DNA from: Octopus sinensis
Lineage: Eukaryota
Assembly (NCBI RefSeq): GCF_006345805.1
Contig: NC_042999.1
Location: 136,400,001-136,464,000 of the forward strand
Length of the DNA: 64,000 bases
Direction of reading: 5' to 3'
A program made the position numbers and the translations under genes. The notes beneath the pieces were generated by a model. That model was not told the DNA's origin, did not search any database, and was given only the letters and a program-made list of their open reading frames with translations. Of this stretch, positions 28,254 through 41,289 are shown one piece after another. Positions within the stretch are counted from its first letter, which is position 1. Each line of letters opens with the position of its first letter.

Positions 28254-28379
28254 TATTTATTATATAGGAGGAGCTTCTACAGGACTATACGTTATTCAAG
28301 AGAAATCTTCAGGAAGCCTGAAGATTTCTCTTGAATGAAACAGTACTAGTCCTGTAGAAGCTCCTTCTATATAATAAAT
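28254..28379. repeat. ~126-bp near-perfect hairpin in (TA)n with a CUGAAGA core at the symmetry centre
   Basis: Arms 28254-28313 and 28317-28379 around a 3-nt loop. The right arm begins cctgaagatttctcttgaatgaaac. Confidence 0.85.
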
Positions 28380-29599
28380 TAAAAATATATATATATTATA
28401 TTATATATATATATATATATATATACATACATACATATATATCATACGTATGTATGCCTGTGTCTATATGTATTTTTAAATACTTATTTAATAAAAATAT
28501 CTAATTATGAGATGTTGCTTAATTGTATATTATTAAATTGTAATTATTTGTATCTAGCATTCAGAGAAAATTAGAAATAATTCATTAATTATGTATGAAA
28601 GGTACAATTATAAAACCTTTTTCAACTTTATGTATCTAACGCTACCAAATATAGACTAAGTTGAATCAATCAATTCAAACTCGTTATGTCAATTATGTAG
28701 CTAGTAAAATGTACCTCCAAGGTTACTTTTCGGATGTTAAACATACATTCAGTAAAGTTTCAGGGTCTGGTATATGTAAACTTTTGATTAACAGAGTTTA
28801 TCCATGCAATTAGTAGGCAAAAACTTCCTCTCGGTGTTTATAATTAAAAATATATTGAACAAATTTTTGTGAAATATTAGGTGTAGAAATGGCTATATGC
28901 ACAGGTGTGGCTATAGGTGCAGTGGGGTGTGTTTGGCAAGAAGCTTGCTTCCTAACCACAGTTCTGGGTTCAGTCCCACTGCATGCCACTTTGGGTGAAT
29001 GTCTTATACTGTAGTCCCAGGCCAATCAAAGTCTGATGAGTAGATTTGGTAAATAGAAACTGAAAGAATATATATATGTATAATCATCATCATTATCATC
29101 ATTGTTGTCGTCGTTTAACGTCAGCTTTCCATGCTGGCATGAGTTGGACAGTTTGACTGAGGACTAACAAGCCAGAAGGCTGTACCAGGCTCCAATCTGA
29201 TCTGGTAAGGTTTCTTCAGCTGGATGCCCTTCCTAATGCCAACCAATCCAAGATTGTAGTGGGTGCTTTTTACGTGCCACTGACATTTGATTTTTAACTT
29301 TTACCCGTACATAATAATATACATAGCTTGAGTATGCACTGGTGAATTTATGTATTAAGTATAACCTTAATACACACCCCACCAGCACAGAAACACGTGT
29401 AGTGATTACTTGTACTACCTTCTTTCCCCACAGATAAGATATATTTATTCAACTAATTTTATTTTATGTTATTTTAATTATTTTATTTGTTTTAATTTTT
29501 TCTATGTATACCATACCATGAGGTTATCCTGAAATAGGAGTTGCTTATCTATTAGTAAATATCTCAAATTTGTAATAATAATAATAATAATGATAATAA

Positions 29600-29932
29600 T
29601 CATCATCATCATCATCATCGTTTAACGTCCGTTCTCCATGCTAGCATGAGTTGGATGGTTCGACCGGGGATCTGGGAAGCCAGAAGGCTGCACCAGGCTC
29701 CAGTCTTATCTGGCAATGTTTCTACAGCTGGATGCCCTTCCTAACGCCAACCACTCCGTGAGTGTAGTGGGTGCTTTTTACGTGCCACCTGCACAGGTGC
29801 CAGGCGAGGTTGGCAACGGCCACGGTCGGATTGGTGTATTTTATGTGCCACCGGCACGGAAGCCAGTCGAGGCGGTGCTGGCATCGGCCACGAGTCGGAT
29901 AGTGCTTTTTACGTACCACCAGACCAGGGAAA
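29600..29932 (-). mobile_element. RTE LINE 3' tail fragment with 2-3 tandem units; another short tail copy at about 29090-29285
   Basis: (TCA)n-gtttaacgtcc...ggatgcccttcctaacgccaacc...ggtgctttttacgtgccacc. Confidence 0.85.
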
Positions 29933-29955
29933 TAATAATAATAATAATCATAATC

Positions 29956-30014
<59 letters not shown>

Positions 30015-30019
<5 letters not shown>

Positions 30020-32123
30020 CTTATCAATAGCCTGGATAGACTATAAAAAGGCTTTTGATAGCCTACCACATAGCTGGATTAGGAAATGCCTTGAAATGTA
30101 TAAGATAGCACCAACTCTGCGAAACTTCTTGACTGTAAGTATGAGATCATGGAGAACCACACTAACTCTGAACAGTGACAGTGAATCCCTAAATGCTGGT
30201 GATGTAAAAATTTCGTGTGGCATTTTCCAGGGTGACTCACTGTCACCACTCCTCTTTTGTTTATCCTTAATACCTCTCTCAAAGTTGCTCAATGACGCGC
30301 AGTACGGGTATAAAATGTTTGATAAAAATATAAATCATCTCGTTTACATGGATGATTTAAAGCTTTTTACAAAAAATGATCAACAACTCAAGGGCTTACT
30401 AGCGATAGTCAAACAATTCAGTGACGACATCAGAATGCAATTCGGCCTCGATAAATGTGCAAAGGCTACCTTTATCAAAGGAAAAATGACAGAAACATCT
30501 AACGTTAACCTTGACCAACAGAATGTCATAAAAGAACTAGACCCAGCGGAGAGCTACAAGTACCTAGGGGTAATTGAAGGGAACGGAATAAGGCATTCAG
30601 AGATGAAGGAAAGGATCAGGAGAGAATGCTATCGAAGAGTGAGAGCAATACTCAAGACAGAGCTGAATGCAAGAAACAGGATCGAAGCAATCAATGCATT
30701 AGCTATACCAGTCGTGACTTACAGTTTCAATATTGTTAACTGGTCAATTACTGAAATATGTCAGCTCGACAGAAAAATAAGGAAACTGTTGACAATGCAT
30801 AGAATGCACCACCCTAAGGCAGATACAGAACGACTCTATCTGCCAAGAAAAGAGGGAGGCCGTGGTCTTTTGCAACTGGCAATAACAATGAAGATTGCTA
30901 CAATTGGCCTAGACACCTACCTGAAAAACTCTGAGGACTGGATGTTAAAACTTGTCTCAAAACATGAAAACAAGAAAGCATCATACTCAGTAACAAAACA
31001 GGCAAAGGAATATCTAAGTGAATTCCGAATACAACCAATTTCGGAATTAGAGATAGACATACAAGAAACAAGCACAGAAAAAGCTAGGCGCATGAAAACC
31101 CGTGCCAAAACTGCGGCCTTAGATATTCTGAATAATAAATGGCAAGAAAAACCTCTCTACGGCAAATACCCAAAGAGAGCGAATAATGCAGATATCGACA
31201 AAGCCCTGACCCATCAATGGCTAATGGCCTCTGGCTTAAAATCTGAAACAGAGGGGTTTATCATAGCAGCTCAAGATCAATGCCTACCAACAAGAAACTA
31301 CCAGGCCAACATATTAAAGATCAGAAGCAGTCCAACGTGTCGTGTATGCAAGCAACAAAATGAAACCATTGACCATGTGGTCTCCAAGTGCAGTCTTCTA
31401 GCGCCTACAGAGTATCTCAACAGGCACGATAGAGCTGCACAATATATTCACTGGGTAATCTGTAAAAACCTGGAGTTGCCCCATGAGAAAAACTGGTGGG
31501 AACACAAACCACCCCCAGTGCTTGAAAATGACCACATCTCACTCCTCTGGAACTTCACCATTCAAACTGACAGGAAGATAGATGCAAATAGGCCAGACAT
31601 CATATTGAAAGACTTCAAACAAAGAACATGCCTCCTCATTGATATGACTGTCCCAATCGATATAAACGTATCTGTCAGGACCTACCAAAAACTGAGCAAA
31701 TATAAAGATCTTGAAATAGAAATCAGCAAAATGTGGAAGCTGAAGACTAAAACAATACCTGTTGTCATAGGTGCCCTGGGAATGATAGCAAAAGGGGCTG
31801 ATAGCTACCTAACTCAGATACCAGGAAACCCAAAAATGGCAGAAGTTCAAAAGATAGTGCTCATGGGAACTGCTCATATCCTACGCAAAATACTCTCTAT
31901 GTAACCTCAAGGTTTAAAACAACCATAATTTTCGGTTTAAAAAAAAAAAAAAAAAAAAAAAAACTTTTTTTTTAGACATTCATTAGTACAACATCCCCAC
32001 CCCCCAAATATATGGCACACTAGGCATAACAACAACATGAACTTCCAACCCTGTTGTCTCTTGAGGTCTCTGGGTGAGACTTGGAGCCAACTTGTACAAA
32101 TATAAAGCAAAAGTCAAACATAG
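30015..32123 (+). mobile_element. 5'-truncated R4/Dong-clade RLE non-LTR retrotransposon inserted in an (AAT)n tract
   Basis: (AAT)n lies at 29933-30014 and again after 32123. The reading frame is open from the junction (KNLSIAWIDYKKAFDSLPH). The 3' UTR contains an internal A/T run. Confidence 0.93.
30096..31904 (+). CDS. RT (C-terminal part) plus CCHC zinc knuckle plus restriction-like endonuclease, 602 aa, uninterrupted
   Basis: GIFQGDSLSPLLF and YMDDLKLF (RT); CRVCKQQNETIDHVVSKC; RHD...NRPDII...LIDMT...KLSKYKDL (PD-D/ExK-type RLE). Confidence 0.9.
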   Translation: MYKIAPTLRNFLTVSMRSWRTTLTLNSDSESLNAGDVKISCGIFQGDSLSPLLFCLSLIPLSKLLNDAQYGYKMFDKNINHLVYMDDLKLFTKNDQQLKGLLAIVKQFSDDIRMQFGLDKCAKATFIKGKMTETSNVNLDQQNVIKELDPAESYKYLGVIEGNGIRHSEMKERIRRECYRRVRAILKTELNARNRIEAINALAIPVVTYSFNIVNWSITEICQLDRKIRKLLTMHRMHHPKADTERLYLPRKEGGRGLLQLAITMKIATIGLDTYLKNSEDWMLKLVSKHENKKASYSVTKQAKEYLSEFRIQPISELEIDIQETSTEKARRMKTRAKTAALDILNNKWQEKPLYGKYPKRANNADIDKALTHQWLMASGLKSETEGFIIAAQDQCLPTRNYQANILKIRSSPTCRVCKQQNETIDHVVSKCSLLAPTEYLNRHDRAAQYIHWVICKNLELPHEKNWWEHKPPPVLENDHISLLWNFTIQTDRKIDANRPDIILKDFKQRTCLLIDMTVPIDINVSVRTYQKLSKYKDLEIEISKMWKLKTKTIPVVIGALGMIAKGADSYLTQIPGNPKMAEVQKIVLMGTAHILRKILSM

Positions 32124-32571
32124 AATAATAATAATAATAATAATAATAACAACAACAACATATATATATATATATAAATACATATATGCATACATATATA
32201 CATACATGCTTACATACACACATACATACATACATACATGCATATATCTATACACACACATGTGTACATGCACACAAACTCACACATACACACACATATA
32301 TGTAAAGCATTTTAATCTTTTTCTGGTTTCAACCAGAAGCTGAGACCATGCTGGGGCATTGCCTTTAGTGCAATTGGCATTGTTTCTCATGAAGTAGTAA
32401 GTTGGGAAGCTTGAGTCTCCTGCTATGATGTGGGCTCATCCAGTAGCTGAAATAAAAGTTTTGTCCAACCTTTCTTTTAAAACCTCCACATCTAGAACTT
32501 GCAAATCTGTGAGGTTGCTTGGCAGAATGTTGAAAAGTTGTGGTCCTTTGAAACTGGATCCTTATTTTAGA

Positions 32572-32627
<56 letters not shown>

Positions 32628-32649
32628 TCATCATCATCATCATCATCGT

Positions 32650-32995
32650 TTAGCAGTTACACTTTCAGCACACCCGCCTCCGCTGCTGACTTGGTCACCT
32701 AGGTAACAGAAACTATCAACTATTTCTAGTTTTTCTCCCCGGAAAGTGACGGAAGTTGGTCTCAGAGCATTTTCAGTGTTTATTGTTCCTGAGCACATAC
32801 AAAAACCATCTTCCTAGTTAGCCTTCCTTTGACATTGCTGCACCTCTTATGTGTCCATAGCTTACACTTGGTGCATCTTATAGAGTTTCTACCTACACCT
32901 TTTCTACAAATCGAGCAGGGCCATCTACCTGAAGGCGTTTGTGATTTGTCTACCTTCCTACTGATTATGACTTTGGTTTTAGCTAGATTGACTCT
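32650..32995 (-). mobile_element. Internal fragment of the RTE family at 1-2240
   Basis: Near-identical to about 1480-1830; WPCSICRKGVGRNSIRCTKCKLWTHKRCS. Confidence 0.92.
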
Positions 32996-33065
32996 ATATA
33001 TATATATATGTATGTATGTATATATATATACATACAAATATACATATGTACATATATACACATAT

Positions 33066-33138
33066 TATATCTGAAGAGCACATGTATTTGGTAACCATCC
33101 AGTTATCTTATATCCAGTGTGAAACTGATCAGTAAGAT
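33066..33138 (+). ncRNA. Type I hammerhead-like motif (stem I eroded at the TA junction)
   Basis: CUGAAGA GCAC [35 nt] GUGU GAAA CUGAUCAG UA AGAU; palindromic stem III; GUA at 33132-33134. Confidence 0.65.
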
Positions 33139-33279
33139 CAGCTGTAATAGATTTATAATATTGTATTCTTAGATTAAGATGTGTGTGTGTGTGTGTGTGT
33201 GTGTGCGTGCACACGCATGTGTGTGTGTGTGTGTGTGTATGTGTGCATGTTTGCACGTGTAGATATAAATATATATGAA

Positions 33280-33655
33280 CTAGCAGTATTGCCCGGCACT
33301 GCTTGGGTTTGTTTTGACCCTTCAGAATTGGAACTTTTGCTTTATGTAGCTTGTTATTCCCTTTAAGTGAACATTTTTCTGGTTGAAATACACCGAAAAA
33401 TTGCGACACAGCAGTAAAAAAATCGTAAAAATTAGGGATTTTCATAGAAAAAAAGCACCTTTTTGATGTAAATAATTTTTGGTGTTAACATGGTCCAATT
33501 TGAATTTTTTCTTCAACGGAAGGAAGAGCAAGCCTTCTTCTATCATACTTTCAATTTTGATCAACTTGCACCGCAGGGTCTCGAAGGAGATAGTGTTAAT
33601 TGAAGGCTACCAAACCTGCCATACACAGACAACTTCAGCTTTATATAGAGAGAGA
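33280..33655 (-). mobile_element. Non-autonomous Helitron, complete (376 bp)
   Basis: Minus strand has A|TC at the 5' end, a subterminal hairpin (cccaagcagtgccggg), and CTAG|T at the 3' end, i.e. inserted at an AT site with no TSD. Confidence 0.82.
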
Positions 33656-33941
33656 TTAGACGAGTACTTAGTATTTAGAACATCATATGTATTCCTCAAT
33701 ATCCAAATGGAAACTGTGAGGACTTGTATTATAGTCTGAATGTTATTTGATTGGAATCTACAGTTATGTAGGTCACAGAGTACATGCAGTAAGTAAAAGA
33801 AGAGTGTTTGTTTATATAGTACAGTGTTATATGCTCATACATAAATAGAAAGTGTACTGTTTCTTTTTCATTACAGACTGATCTTTACAATGGTGCTTAT
33901 GTTGCATTACCCACTAACCTAATCTATCTCTATATTCATAG

Positions 33942-33974
<33 letters not shown>

Positions 33975-34022
33975 TGTATGTATGTATGTATGTATGTATG
34001 TATGTATGTATGTATGTATGTA

Positions 34023-34084
<62 letters not shown>

Positions 34085-35119
34085 GGGCATGTGTGTGTGT
34101 GTGTGTGTGCGTGTGAGTGTGCAATTCTACAGATTCTCTCCCACTCATCCATTTTTTAGATGACATCTGCTTCTCTTACCGTCTCTCTTACTATCCATTG
34201 CTCACTCTCTCTTGCAATGACATACCTTTTATGCAATTATATCTGCTCCTGCTAGCTACTAACTCCCAACCACCAACATGCAGGTGTTTTTTTTCTGTTT
34301 ATTCCATTTCATCCACACACACACCCTCCCTATAAATATTCTATCACTATTCTGCCATACTTACACTTTTGATCATCACTCCTGTTCTATTCACACTCTC
34401 AATCCCTGCTTTTAAAAGAAACGAGACTAAATAGACACAGATCTTACAGGGAATCAAGGAAGCTCTCTAGTGCTAGTACCACAATAAAACACATTCAGTA
34501 TGCTCTGTAAAATAACTGGTGATTAGACAGAGACAACATAGTGTATAGCAGACTCCTTGATCTTGCTGAGGACATGACAACTTTTTAATGCTAAGGCCTC
34601 AATAAAATGTGCCCTACACACAGTTGTAAAGCAACTAGAGTTGAGAAAAACAGCTGGCCAAAGAAACTGTAGGAGGAGCTATGTTTATTATTTGGCTGTT
34701 TAGACTTAAAGGGTGCAAAGTGGTGTATTTCGCCTGTTTTCTACAAAAGGTCATATGGCCAAACCCGTTCATGCTGATTAGATGCTTTAAGTTATACAAT
34801 CAGACCGCTTGCCAGACCAGAAAAGCAGAGTACATTTTGAGCCTACCAACAGCTACAAATAAAGAATTTCCTCAGAGAGAAGAGGGTGGTCAGCAGAAAT
34901 CTTTGATACCATGCTTTGTGCTTTTTCCACACACATTATCATGTACAAGCTGCATGAGGAAGCATTTTACTTTTGTTAACAGTATTATTCATGTTACACC
35001 AGTTTACTGTATCTTCTATTAGCGGAAAAATAAATGTGGCTGCCAATTTTAACCTGCGTCTTTATATTTCTTGGTGCTCTTCATCATGACTCATTTGAAA
35101 CTAGAAGATTATAGTAATA

Positions 35120-35544
35120 GGCGCAGGAGTGGCTGTGTGGTAAGTAGCTTGTTTACCAACCACATGGTTCCGGGTTCAGTCCCACTGCGTGGCACCTTTG
35201 GCAAGTGTCTTCTACTATAGCCTCGGGCCGACCAAAGCCTTGTGAGTGGATTTGGTAGACGGAAACTGAAAGAAGCTCGTTGTATATATGTATATATATA
35301 TATATATATATATGTGCGTGCGTGTATGTTTGTGTGTCTGTGTTTGTACCTCCAACATCACTTGACAACCGATGCTGGTGTGTTTATGTCCCCGTCACTT
35401 AGCGGTTCGGCAAAAGAGACCGTTAGAATAAGTACTGGGCTTACAAAGAATAAGTCCCAGGGTCGAGTTGCTCGATTAAAGGTGGTGCTCCAGCATGGCT
35501 GCAGTCAAATGGCTGAAACAAGTAAAAGAGTAAAGAGTAAGAGT
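35120..35544 (+). mobile_element. SINE family A, complete copy
   Basis: tRNA-like head with A-box-like (tggctgtgtgg) and B-box-like (ggttcagtccc) motifs, an internal (TA/TG)n linker, and a gagtaa-repeat tail. Many partial copies occur in the window. Confidence 0.9.
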
Positions 35545-36020
35545 AATGTCAGGGCCGTAGCCACATCACTTTCCCATGCTAAAAACACTATACCAAAAAT
35601 GGAAGCACAAACAAGAGAGGATCTTTCAATACATCTAGAAAGGCAGTAAGTTCAAATAAGTGACTTAACTGTGACCAACTGTCCAATTCATGCCAGTATG
35701 GAACATTGACATTATACACATATATATGCTTTTATTGTTTTATTCATTTCAGCCATGCAGCTGTGGTCACACTGGAACATCACCATAATTTTGCACTTCT
35801 TTGGCTGATTTCTTCAGGGTGGTGGGGTTTCACATCCCCACATCTGTATGTGGTTTTGCTCTGATTATTGGCCCCTTTGGTGTATGAGGGCTTTTGACAC
35901 CACTGCCCTGTATATATACATAATCATTATTTTACACTTGTGTTCCACATACATAAATACTTATAGGCATGTATGCATATGTCCATGCATGCATATGTAT
36001 ATACAGTCACATGCACATAC

Positions 36021-36344
36021 ATCTAAAGACTCCGCCGGTTACGACGATGAGGGTCCCAGCTGATACGATCAACGGAACAGCTTGCTCGTGAAATTAACGT
36101 GCAAATGGCTGAGCATTCCACAGACACGTGTACCCTTAACGTAGTTCTCGGGGATAATCAGCGTGACACAGAGAGTGACAAGGCTGACCCTTTGAAATAC
36201 AAGTACAACTCATTTTTGCCAGCTGAGTGGACTGGAGCAACGTGAAATAAAGTGTCTTGCTCAAGGACACAACGTGTCGCTGGGAATCGAACTCACAACC
36301 TTACGATCATGAGCCGAATGCCCTAACCACTAAGCCACGCGCCC
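36021..36344 (-). mobile_element. SINE family B (tRNA-derived head plus conserved central domain)
   Basis: Minus strand begins gggcgcgtggcttagtggttagggc...gagttcgattccc (A and B boxes), followed by ttgctccagtccactcagctgg. Confidence 0.85.
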
Positions 36345-36391
36345 TCACTGCACATACATACATACATACAGACAGACATATGTACATATAT

Positions 36392-36773
36392 ACTCTTTTA
36401 GTCTTTTACTTGTTTCAGTCATTTGACTGCGGCCATGCTGGAGCACTGCCTTCAATCGAGCAAATCGACCCCAGGACTTATTCTTTGTAAGCCTGGTACT
36501 TATTCTATCAGTCTCTTTTGCTGAACTGCTAAGTTACAGGGACATAAACACACCAGCATCGGTTGTCAAGCGATGTTGGCGGGTGGGCAAACACAGACAC
36601 ACAAACACACACATACATATATACGATGGGCTTCTTTCAGTTTCCACTCACAAGGCTTTGGTCGGCCTGAGGCTATAGTAGAAGACACTTGCCCAAAGTG
36701 CCACGCAGTGGGAGTGAACCTGGAACCATGTGGTTGGTAAGCAAGCTACTTACCACACAGCCACTCCTGCACC
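36392..36773 (-). mobile_element. SINE family A, complete copy
   Basis: Reverse complement collinear with 35120-35544. Confidence 0.9.
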
Positions 36774-36809
36774 TATATGTGTAGATATATGTAGATACAT
36801 GCATATGTG

Positions 36810-37398
36810 AAGGGTAAAAACCCCTTTTGGTCATGAATGACTATAGGATTGCACCCAGAATGTTCCTCTCCAAGACACAAATCTGAGCAAGGTTGTTTAT
36901 GGAAGACCAGCAGTTACTCATGCATAACAGTCTCCCCTCTCCATGCCACTGATGTTATCCAAAGGAATGGCTGATACAACTTAGCACAAGTGATGTCACA
37001 ACTCATTTCTATGGAAGAGTGAACTGGAGCAAGGTGAAATAAAGTGTCTTGCTCAATAACACAACACACAGCTTGGTCTGGGAATCAAACTCATTACCTC
37101 ATGATTGTGAGCCCGAAACTCTATCCACTGACACATGCACCATATGTACATTCATATATATAATTCTCCTTTTACAACTGTGTTCAGCATTAGAGACTAA
37201 TAGAATAAGTTCTTGGCTTAAAAAATAAGTCCTGGAGTTGATTTGTTCAACTAAAACCCTCCAAGTTGATGCTCCAGCATGGCCACAGTCAAATCACTAA
37301 AACAAGTAAAAGAATAAAAGAATACATACAAACAAATATACATATATACATACATACGTACGTACATACATACATACATACATACATGCACACGCACA

Positions 37399-37436
<38 letters not shown>

Positions 37437-37862
37437 ACACACACACACACAAACACACACATATATATGTAAAATTAAATAATAAGGATAGAAATTGAAA
37501 TTAATCAATTAAAACCAGTGGGTTAGCATATTTAAAAAATCCAAAGATTAAAAATTGCATTACATACAGTCCTCTAAATTTTTTGTATAAAGGGTAAAGA
37601 CCCCCTTCGGTCATGAATGACCATGGGATTGCACCTAGAAAGTTACCTTCCTAGACACAAGTCCAGGCAAGGTTGTTTTATGGAAGGCCAGCAGTCGCCC
37701 ATGCATACCAGCCTCCCCTCTCCACGCCACCAGTGTTATCCAAGGGAAAGACAAAGGTCGATACAGCTTGGCACCTGTGACGTCCCAACTCATTTCTACA
37801 GCTGAGTGAACTGGAGCAACGTGAAATAAAGTGTCTTGCTCAAGAACACAACATGCAACCCG
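36810..37862 (-). mobile_element. Two SINE family C copies (about 36810-37140 and 37590-37862), separated by a family A tail and microsatellites
   Basis: Both carry gggtaaa(g/a)acccc(c/t)ttcggtcatgaatgac... and the central domain shared with family B (actggagcaa(c/g)gtgaaataaagtgtcttgctcaa). Confidence 0.85.
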
Positions 37863-38147
37863 ATATATATATATATATATATGAACCTAACCTATGTGCG
37901 CTATTTTCCTGGTTTTCTCCCTTATTAACTCTTCTCTTCCCAGGCTCTCCAGGACTTTCCTCTAGTATTTAAGAAAGGACTAAACCTGAAATTTTATAAC
38001 CTACTCTATAACACTTATTCCTTCCTTGTGTCTAAACCTAATAATATTAATTGTGAACATCCCTTGTAATTTGCTTGTTTTCTGTCTTTTGTTATTTAGG
38101 TGTGTGTTTATCTATCTACCTACCTACCTACCTATCTATCTAATCTA

Positions 38148-38178
<31 letters not shown>

Positions 38179-38298
38179 TTCTGTCTCTGTATGTATGTCT
38201 GTATAATCTGTCTCTCCATCTATCTCTCAATCTGTCTGTCTATATATCTGTCTGTTTGTCAATCTATCAATCTGTCTGTCTATCTGCCTGCATACTTG

Positions 38299-38434
<136 letters not shown>

Positions 38435-38492
38435 CTAGCTAGTTAGCTTGCTAGCTAACTAGCTAGATATATATATAAATAGATATATATAT

Positions 38493-38547
<55 letters not shown>

Positions 38548-40891
38548 GATAGGCAGACAGATAGACAGACAAACAGAGGGAGAGGGGGTGATAGAGAGAT
38601 GTATATGTATCTATTTGTTTGTGAATATGTGTGTAAACATATGTGCAGTCATTTACTACATACTTTCTCAGAACCACAATAATTCCAGTTGCTTAATGTT
38701 GAAGAAAGCATTCTGTATGAGTGTATGCGTATGTATGTGCATGTGTGCACTTCCATATATACAAACATACACACGTATATATATATGTATTTAGATATGT
38801 GTGTGTGCATGTATGTGTGGGAATGTGTGTGTACATATGTATGTATTATGTATGTATGTATGTATGTATCGCATTTCAACATACACACCTTTCCATACTC
38901 ACTTTCTGTGATTCTCAACATTAAACTCTAAAATAGATAAGTTAAATTTTGTTGTAACTTTTTTTTAGAACACTCTTTAATGTCAACTCATTAATTCTCA
39001 AATAAAGATTTTCTGAAAGTATTTCCAATCCATTCCCACCTCTCTCTGGGTTGATTTCTTCCCATTTTCTTCTGCCATTTTTGAAGTCAATGAATATTTT
39101 GAAATGGTTCTCCCCACCCAACTTCTTGAAATAAATTGTCCAAAAACTGCTTTACAGCTTTCTTCCACTAAATGATTTTCTACATTTTCTGCTTTCAATT
39201 TTTTTCTTTATTTTCAATAGAGTTAAAATCTAAGCTAATTAATTTATCGCTGAATTTCATTTCAAATTAATTCTTAAACAAGAAAAAAAAAAAAATAAGA
39301 CAAAAATAAAACATATTCACTGAATTCTCAGTTCAAACACAGCACAAATTCTATTTAGTATCTCTTTATTAACTTTCAGAATATTGCAAACATGTCAGCA
39401 TATTTATGTAAAGAATAAATGCCTGACACGAAATCGTCTAAAGAAAAACACAGCAATACTTGTATTACAACCAATGAAAAAGTTGTTGTGAATGGCATTA
39501 GAGTCACATATTTTGAAGGGTAATTAAAAATCAAATGTAATAAACCTTGCTATATTTATTATCTGCATAGAAAGAAATGCTATCGACACTATGAAAACAA
39601 AAAAAAAAAATTAAAAAACTTTCTCCCAACAAAAACAAACATGAATTTTAATATTTACTAGTGGACCAGCCAAAGAATACAGAATACAGGTAAATAACTG
39701 CACATTGATACTGGACATTTTCTCAATCAAATTACAGATATTAGTAAGAGTTTGTAATTCAAGAATATTTTCTAAAAAGAAAAGAAACTGCCAACTGAAT
39801 TGCATGAGGCAATTGTCTGATGTTCTTCATTTTTGGCAGCAATCCAATTTATATTAGCAATTTCATATAATAAGATGTCAAACAACAATTTCAAAAATTA
39901 ATTAATCGAGCTTAAAATCTGATATAAGTGCCTGACTCTTTTGGGAGATTTTTTGCAAACTTTAAAGAATGTACCAGCCTTCAATAAAATACCTTTGACT
40001 TCAAATTATCTTTCATTAACTCTTGCCCAGACAGTTCATTCATCGGTCATTAATGGTCAAACAACAATGTATCTCTAGATTTACTAAATGACTGTTTCAG
40101 AGAAGTTACTATCTCACAAGTAATTTTTGGGTGATTTCAAGCAATTTAAAAAAAGTAATAATATAATTTTAATCACTTTCAGGTATTTGAAGTCAAATAA
40201 TAGAATTTGCTTAAAGTAAAAATTGCCACTGTAAAAAAAACAAAAACAAAAAAAAACTGAAATATCTATGGGTGTGTAGTTAAGAAGTTTGCATTCTAGT
40301 TATGTGGTACTGGGTTTGGTTCTACTACATGGCACTTTGGCCAATTGTCTTCAACTGTAGCCCTGGGTTGACCAAATCTTTGTGTGGGAATTTGGTAGTT
40401 CAAAACTGATAGAGGTCTATTGTGTGTACGTATGTGTGTATATATATATAGTGTGTGTGTGTGTGTGTGTATATAGGATTAAATAAAAAAGAACACAACA
40501 AACTGAAACTTGACATCTCTATATATATGTATAAAGAAGTTTAAAAAATGTATAGTAAATAAACTAACAAACAGAAAGCAGACATAGAAGGTCAAGTTGC
40601 AAAACATATACTAAATGCACAGACAAAGAGAAAACAAACACAGGGTCACCAACTCCTCATCAGTTATCAGCCAGAGTGTCAAATGCATTATTGATAATAT
40701 TGCTTCCATTCTGGAGGCACTGGCAAGAAACTTGCTGTGAGTGTGACCAAAACATAACAAAATGAAACTGACATGTATTTTTCATTTTTTGAGTTCTGTT
40801 TTTCCTGTCATCCCTTCACCAGAGATGATGTGAGAAAGGTAAATGTTTGAGTTGAATCCATCCTGCGTCCATCAGCCTGATACAAACCCAT

Positions 40892-41289
40892 TGTAGAAGA
40901 TCTAATGTAATTTATAAATGCACCATCCTCAACACATTACACAATTCTACAGCTATATATATAGGATCAACCATAAATTTTAAACAGCGATATGCTGCTC
41001 ATCTCAATTCTTTTAGATATGAGAACCACAGTAAATCCACAACACTCGCTAATCACATACATCATCTCAAAAATAGAAATATTCCCTACATTTTGTCATG
41101 TCCATAATAGATTCAGGGCTTCCATACCAAGGTCAACACTTAGCCTGTAAGCTATGCCTAAAAGAGGCATTCCACTCTTTAAAACACAACTCCTCAACAC
41201 TACTAAATAAATATAATGAAGTCCTAGGTACATCAACCACTACTTTTTTCATACCTTCAAATTTTACCACAAATCTAAATGCAACCTAA
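40892..41289 (+). pseudogene. GIY-YIG endonuclease domain of a Penelope-like element (one frameshift near 41098)
   Basis: CRRSNVIYKCTI...IYIGSTINFKQRYAAHLNSFRYENHSKSTTLANHIHHLKNRNIPYILS/SII...CKLCLKEAF...LLNKYNE. Confidence 0.85.

Noticed and set aside
29325-29410. gaaacacgtgtag preceded by ctggtg/caccag pairing (resembles the HHR at 43386)
   Set aside because: The CUGANGA core is not recoverable; it is probably a dead relative but unsupported.
36290-36344. tRNA-like sequence with A and B boxes (also the heads of SINE families A and D)
   Set aside because: No complete cloverleaf, and it continues into a SINE body, so it is not a tRNA gene.
38960-39220. ORF 38998-39198 and a similar patch near 13100-13560 with faint L1/Tx1-like peptides
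   Set aside because: Similarity was too weak to call by eye, and no splice support for an exon was seen; it needs a profile search.
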